From the NCBI GenBank assembly GCA_030390025.1, contig CM059432.1, positions 21,392,001 through 21,456,000 of the forward strand: a stretch of 64,000 nucleotides of DNA, in the 5' to 3' direction. The translations under genes and the position numbers were made by a program. The notes beneath the pieces are model-generated. The model did no database searches, was not told where the DNA came from, and worked only from the letters and a program-made list of their open reading frames with translations. How positions within the stretch are numbered: the stretch's first letter is position 1; each line of letters begins with the position of its first letter. This document shows positions 59,835 to 64,000 of this stretch, one piece after another. Source of the DNA: Squalus acanthias. Lineage: Eukaryota.

Positions 59835-61208
59835 CAAGTCGTAGCCCTTCTTGGTCTACCCCAGATCAGGCGTATTCCCCAGATGTTCCCCTTCAACTAA
59901 AGTTAGAGATAGCCGAATCCTATAAGACGCTTAATTGGGTCTAAAGGTCAGACTATCTCTCCCTAAAGGAAAGGAATGGCCTGAAGATGTTACCGTCCTC
60001 CGGATAGCACTTTTAACAAGTTTAACTAGACTGTAACCTTCCGGACATTATGAGGGTTTGGAAACCCCCCCAGAATTCTGCAACTCCTCACAGAGGAGTG
60101 TACAGAGATTGAGTTCACGAGATTGATACAGAAATACTCTGTGAGACAATTTAAAAAATATATAGATTTATTAAAGAACCGACATGTAGTTAACAACTGT
60201 TGATTTCAATCGCAACTTATACAAATAGTTTACATTTCTTATCAGAGATCCTTACTCTCAAATCTTAACTTCATTACATTTCCACACATCTACTTATTTC
60301 TTAATCCAGAATATCCACCAAAATCAAATACCTTGATTACCCGAGACTCAAAGGGTTCAAGAACTTATAGAGCCTGCCTCTGAAGTTGAGAATCGCTTGC
60401 CTTTCCAGCGACTTCTGACTTTCTATCTGAAAAGCTCGATTTTTATACCTTTTTTAGTGGTTTATCCTTTGAAGTTTTCTGCTGATGTAAGCTAATTATC
60501 TCTAGCCATACCTCTGTTGACTTCTTTCTATTCTTACTGTTAATTCAGCTGTTAGCTTTCAGAATTCTGTCTCTGTATAGGTGTTTCAAAAACTTATCAT
60601 ATAAAATAGTTATTACAGATTTATCTCTTTGATGCCTTTGAAGGTCTTCAATTCAATTCTTAATATTGACTTAACTGCTTGTATTTCAGACTTCTCGTCT
60701 CCTTGTGTTCCAAGTTCAACACATAAACAATGTGATTGCTTGGTACATCTATTGATGTAATATTTTCAAAGTCTTATGTAGGTATCTTTTACAATATGTA
60801 AATCAAAACACTTCATCTAGGGTGTTCTTTGCATTTCTTAGCTACTTCAATTGGTTGTATATATAATCTTGTTTCCTGTTTCATTTGATGTTACTTTTAC
60901 AAAGGCACATGGTTTTTTAAAGTTCTGTTTTTCTGTTCGACGTGTTAGTTTTTAACACTTTACTTGGGCATTGCTATTGTGCTGGTTACAAACTACAGAC
61001 TCCTTGGAACCAACTCTTTGCTTCTTCAATAGGCCATTGTCTCAGTGTCAATAACCAATCTTTATCTCAAAAGCCTGTATGGTGTTTACAGCTTTGTGAC
61101 GTTGAGGCTTTTAGATTTTTAAACCCAGTTTGTCATGTTTTAATAAAATCAGAATTCTGTTCATAGGATGGTATATTTTTCTGAATAGGTTTGGCTCATT
61201 CCTTTACA
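59835..61208 (-). mobile_element. Unclassified ~1.4-kb element (copy 2, uninterrupted)
   Basis: Reverse-complement homolog of the host portions of 43631-47511. Confidence 0.8.
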
Positions 61209-61619
61209 TTGCCACATCTATTTCTTTATTCACATAGATACTGTGCTGTCATTACACGCTTTACCATGTACTTGGACACAATTACTGTGTCTAAACTGCT
61301 CATGTAACGCATCATAGCATAAGTGAATAATATGGTCCATATCGTTAGTTCTTCAGTCTTCCAATCTCCACAGAACTCATGCCTTCCAAGCTTTCCCAGG
61401 TCGCCCTCCTGTACAGATCAACAATATATTGCTCCTACAGCATCAGTGATTTATGGCGTCCATCACTCTGATTTTAAGCCAATTTTGCCTGTAAACGTAA
61501 AAACAGTGGGGATTGAGAACATTTGGCTCATGGAAATTCCATCCTGTAGTGTATATTCTCCCTTCCTCCATTAAACTATATATAACACACTACTGCATAA
61601 CCCTGCAATTTATAAGAAA

Positions 61620-62161
61620 GAAAGAACTTGCTTTTATATTGAGCTTTTTACACCTAACGTCCCAAAGCACTTCACGGTCAATGATATACTTTTGAAGTAT
61701 AGTCACTAATGTTATAATGCAGGGAAATGTGCAACCAATCTGTGTGCAGTAAGGTTCCACATGATTATATAATCCATAAACAAAAGCAAAATACTGCGGA
61801 TGCTGGAAATCTGAAATAAAAACAGACAATGCTGGAAACACTGAGTGGGTCAGGCAGCGCCTGTGGAGAGAGAAACAGAGTTAACGTTTCAGGTCGATGA
61901 CCTTTCAAAAGAACTGGAAAAAGTTAGAGCTATAACAGATTTTAAGCAAGTGCAGAGGTAGGGAAAGGAGGGAGGGGAGGGAAAGAACTCCCCATTATAT
62001 AATCTGTTTTTATGTGTTGGTTGAGGGGTAAATAATGGCCAGGACACCAGGAAAAATGAGATCTTCTACATCCACCGGAGAGGCCAGACGGAGCCTCGGT
62101 TTAATGCCTCATCTGAAAGATAGCACCTCGAACAGTGCAGCACTCCCTCAGCATGGCACTG
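61620..62161 (-). mobile_element. Deu-domain SINE split by a Penelope pseudo-LTR fragment (61775-61993)
   Basis: SINE halves resemble 14180-14550; 11-bp TSD ATTATATAATC at 61764-61774 and 61994-62004. Confidence 0.75.
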
Positions 62162-62254
62162 AAATATTTCCTCAGTACCACACTTTTACTTCTAAAACAT
62201 TACTTACTACATTCTTGTTAACATTGCTCTGTATCAGTACTACTTTGTGGCATA

Positions 62255-62710
62255 CAATAGCAAAATACTGTGGATGCTGGAAATCTGAAATAACAACAGA
62301 AAATGCTGTCCTCGGCCTCTTACACTGTTCCATTGAAGCTCAACGTAAGCTCGAGGAACAGCACCTCATCTTTCGATTAGGCACTTTACAGCCTTCTGGA
62401 CTCAACATTGAGTTCAACAATTTCAGACTATAACCCCAGCCCCCCATTTTTCAGGCTGTTAATGATTCTGCCATCCCCATTTGCAACATTTAATCTCTCC
62501 TGCCTCCTACCCGAGTACAGACTGTTCCTTCAGCTCCTTTCTCCCCTCCCCTCCCCCTTTTCCTGCCTCTGCACCTGCTTAAAACCTGTTACATCTCAAA
62601 CCTTTTCCAGTTCTTATGAAGGGTCACAGACCTGAAACGTTAACTCTGTTTCTCTCTCCACGGATGCTGCCTGGCCTGCTGAGTGCTTCCAGCATTTTCT
62701 GTTGTTATTT
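62255..62710 (+). mobile_element. Short Penelope copy with an inverted partial pseudo-LTR at its 5' end
   Basis: KLEEQHLIFRLGTLQPSGLNIEFNNF; inverted GAAATAACAACAGAAAATGCTG; 15-bp TSD CTACTTTGTGGCATA. Confidence 0.9.
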
Positions 62711-63289
62711 CTACTTTGTGGCATATATCTGTTACATTTACAACTTTCCATATGTACTGGCTGCTCCTTTACAATAATATGTATCCCTTACCTTTGTACC
62801 CTTCTTTAAGATGGAATTTTCTCTGTTGGCACTGAGCCAATTGCTGCTACAATTCAGTACTCCACTGCTTTATTTATTAACAATCTTTATGGCATTCATG
62901 TTGATTAACTGGCTCGTTGGCTACTTGAGAAGCTTTAAAGGCTCATTATTACAGGTGCTATTTGTGTTTGTTATCACCAATGGAATCACATGCAAAAGAA
63001 CTGTTTCAAACATATGGGCCACGATATTTACAGGGAGGCGGGGAGGGTGCGGGGGAGGCTGAAAAGGGCCGAAGATTATGTTCGACAGCACCACATTATC
63101 ATTTTATTCTTTCATTTCCCATCCGGCAGCCGGTAAAATTGACAGCCTGGCTGACGGCTGGGAGGGAACACCGGCAGGAGAAGGCCGAGGCCAGGGGCTC
63201 TTGGGGACGGTCCCCAGCAATCGGGAGGGGGAAGATCGGAGATCGGGCCTGCGGGGGTGGTAGGTCGGCAACTGAGACTAGGGAATAGG

Positions 63290-64000
63290 CTGCGATCGGA
63301 AGGGGGGAGAGAGGCAGGGGATCGGGAGGGGGAGAGAGGTTGGTGATTGGGAGAGAGAGAGAGGTCGGGGAGCGGGAGGGGTAGAGAGGTCGGTGATTGG
63401 GAGAGGGAGAGAGGTCGGTGATCAGCAGGGGGAGAGAGGTCGGTGATTGGGAGAGGGAGAGAGGTCGGTGATCGGGAGGGGGAGACAGGTCGGTGATCGG
63501 GAGGGGAGAGGGTCGGTGATCGGGAGGGGGAGAGAGGTCGGGATCGAGAGGGGGAGAGAGGTCGGGGATCGGGAGGGGGAGAGAGGTCGGGATCGAGAGG
63601 GGGAGAGAGGTCAGTGATCGGGAGGGGGAGAGAGGTCAGTGATCGGGAGGGGGAGAGGGGTCGGGGATCGGGAGGGGGAGAGAGGTCTGGGATCGGGAGG
63701 GGGAGAGAGGTCGGGGATCGGGATGGGGAGAGAAATCGGGAATCGGGATGGGGAGAGAGGTCAGTGATCGGGAGTGAGAGAGGTCGGGGATCGGGAGAGG
63801 GAGAGGGGTCGGTGATGGGGAGAGGGAGAGAGGTCGGTGATCAGCAGGGGGAGAGAGGTCGGTGATCGGGACAGGGAGAGTGGTCGGTGATCGGGAGGGG
63901 GAGAGAGGTCTGGGATCGGGAGGGGGAGATAGGTCGCGGATCGGGAGGGGGAGAGAGGTCGGGGAACGGGAGGGGGAGAGAGGTCGGGGATCGGGAGGGG
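63290..64000. repeat. G-rich minisatellite with ~25-bp unit, probably inside a MITE starting near 63016
   Basis: (GATCGGGAGGGGGAGAGAGGTCGG[T/G])n continuing to the window end. Confidence 0.93.

Noticed and set aside
59832..61208. TTACA as a 5-bp TSD of the 1.4-kb element
   Set aside because: The right-hand TTACA corresponds to the TGT start shared with copy 1, and copy 1 shows no equivalent duplication.

Overview
Vertebrate genomic DNA with a repeat content typical of cartilaginous fishes (shark-like CR1 LINEs, Deu-type SINEs, Penelope elements; the species itself is an inference). Most of the window is transposable elements in deep nests, and I found no confidently recognisable host protein-coding gene. 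Main points: (1) an apparently complete PIF/Harbinger DNA transposon at 36038-40234, with TGA target-site duplication (TSD), terminal inverted repeats (TIRs), an intact 386-aa DDE transposase and a convergent intact 3-exon 458-aa Myb/SANT gene, plus non-autonomous derivatives elsewhere in the window and a decayed relative at 1-2830; (2) minimal, dimer-type hammerhead ribozyme motifs in Penelope termini, including a 171-bp non-coding hammerhead element with a 13-bp TSD; (3) a young CR1 ORF2 that is open across ~930 codons once a Penelope insertion is removed; (4) an unclassified ~1.4-kb TSD-less element in two copies, with LTR-like and Helitron-like features; (5) an old 166-bp hairpin and a few weak minus-strand exon candidates. 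Coordinates were counted by hand; ends of degraded repeats are approximate.
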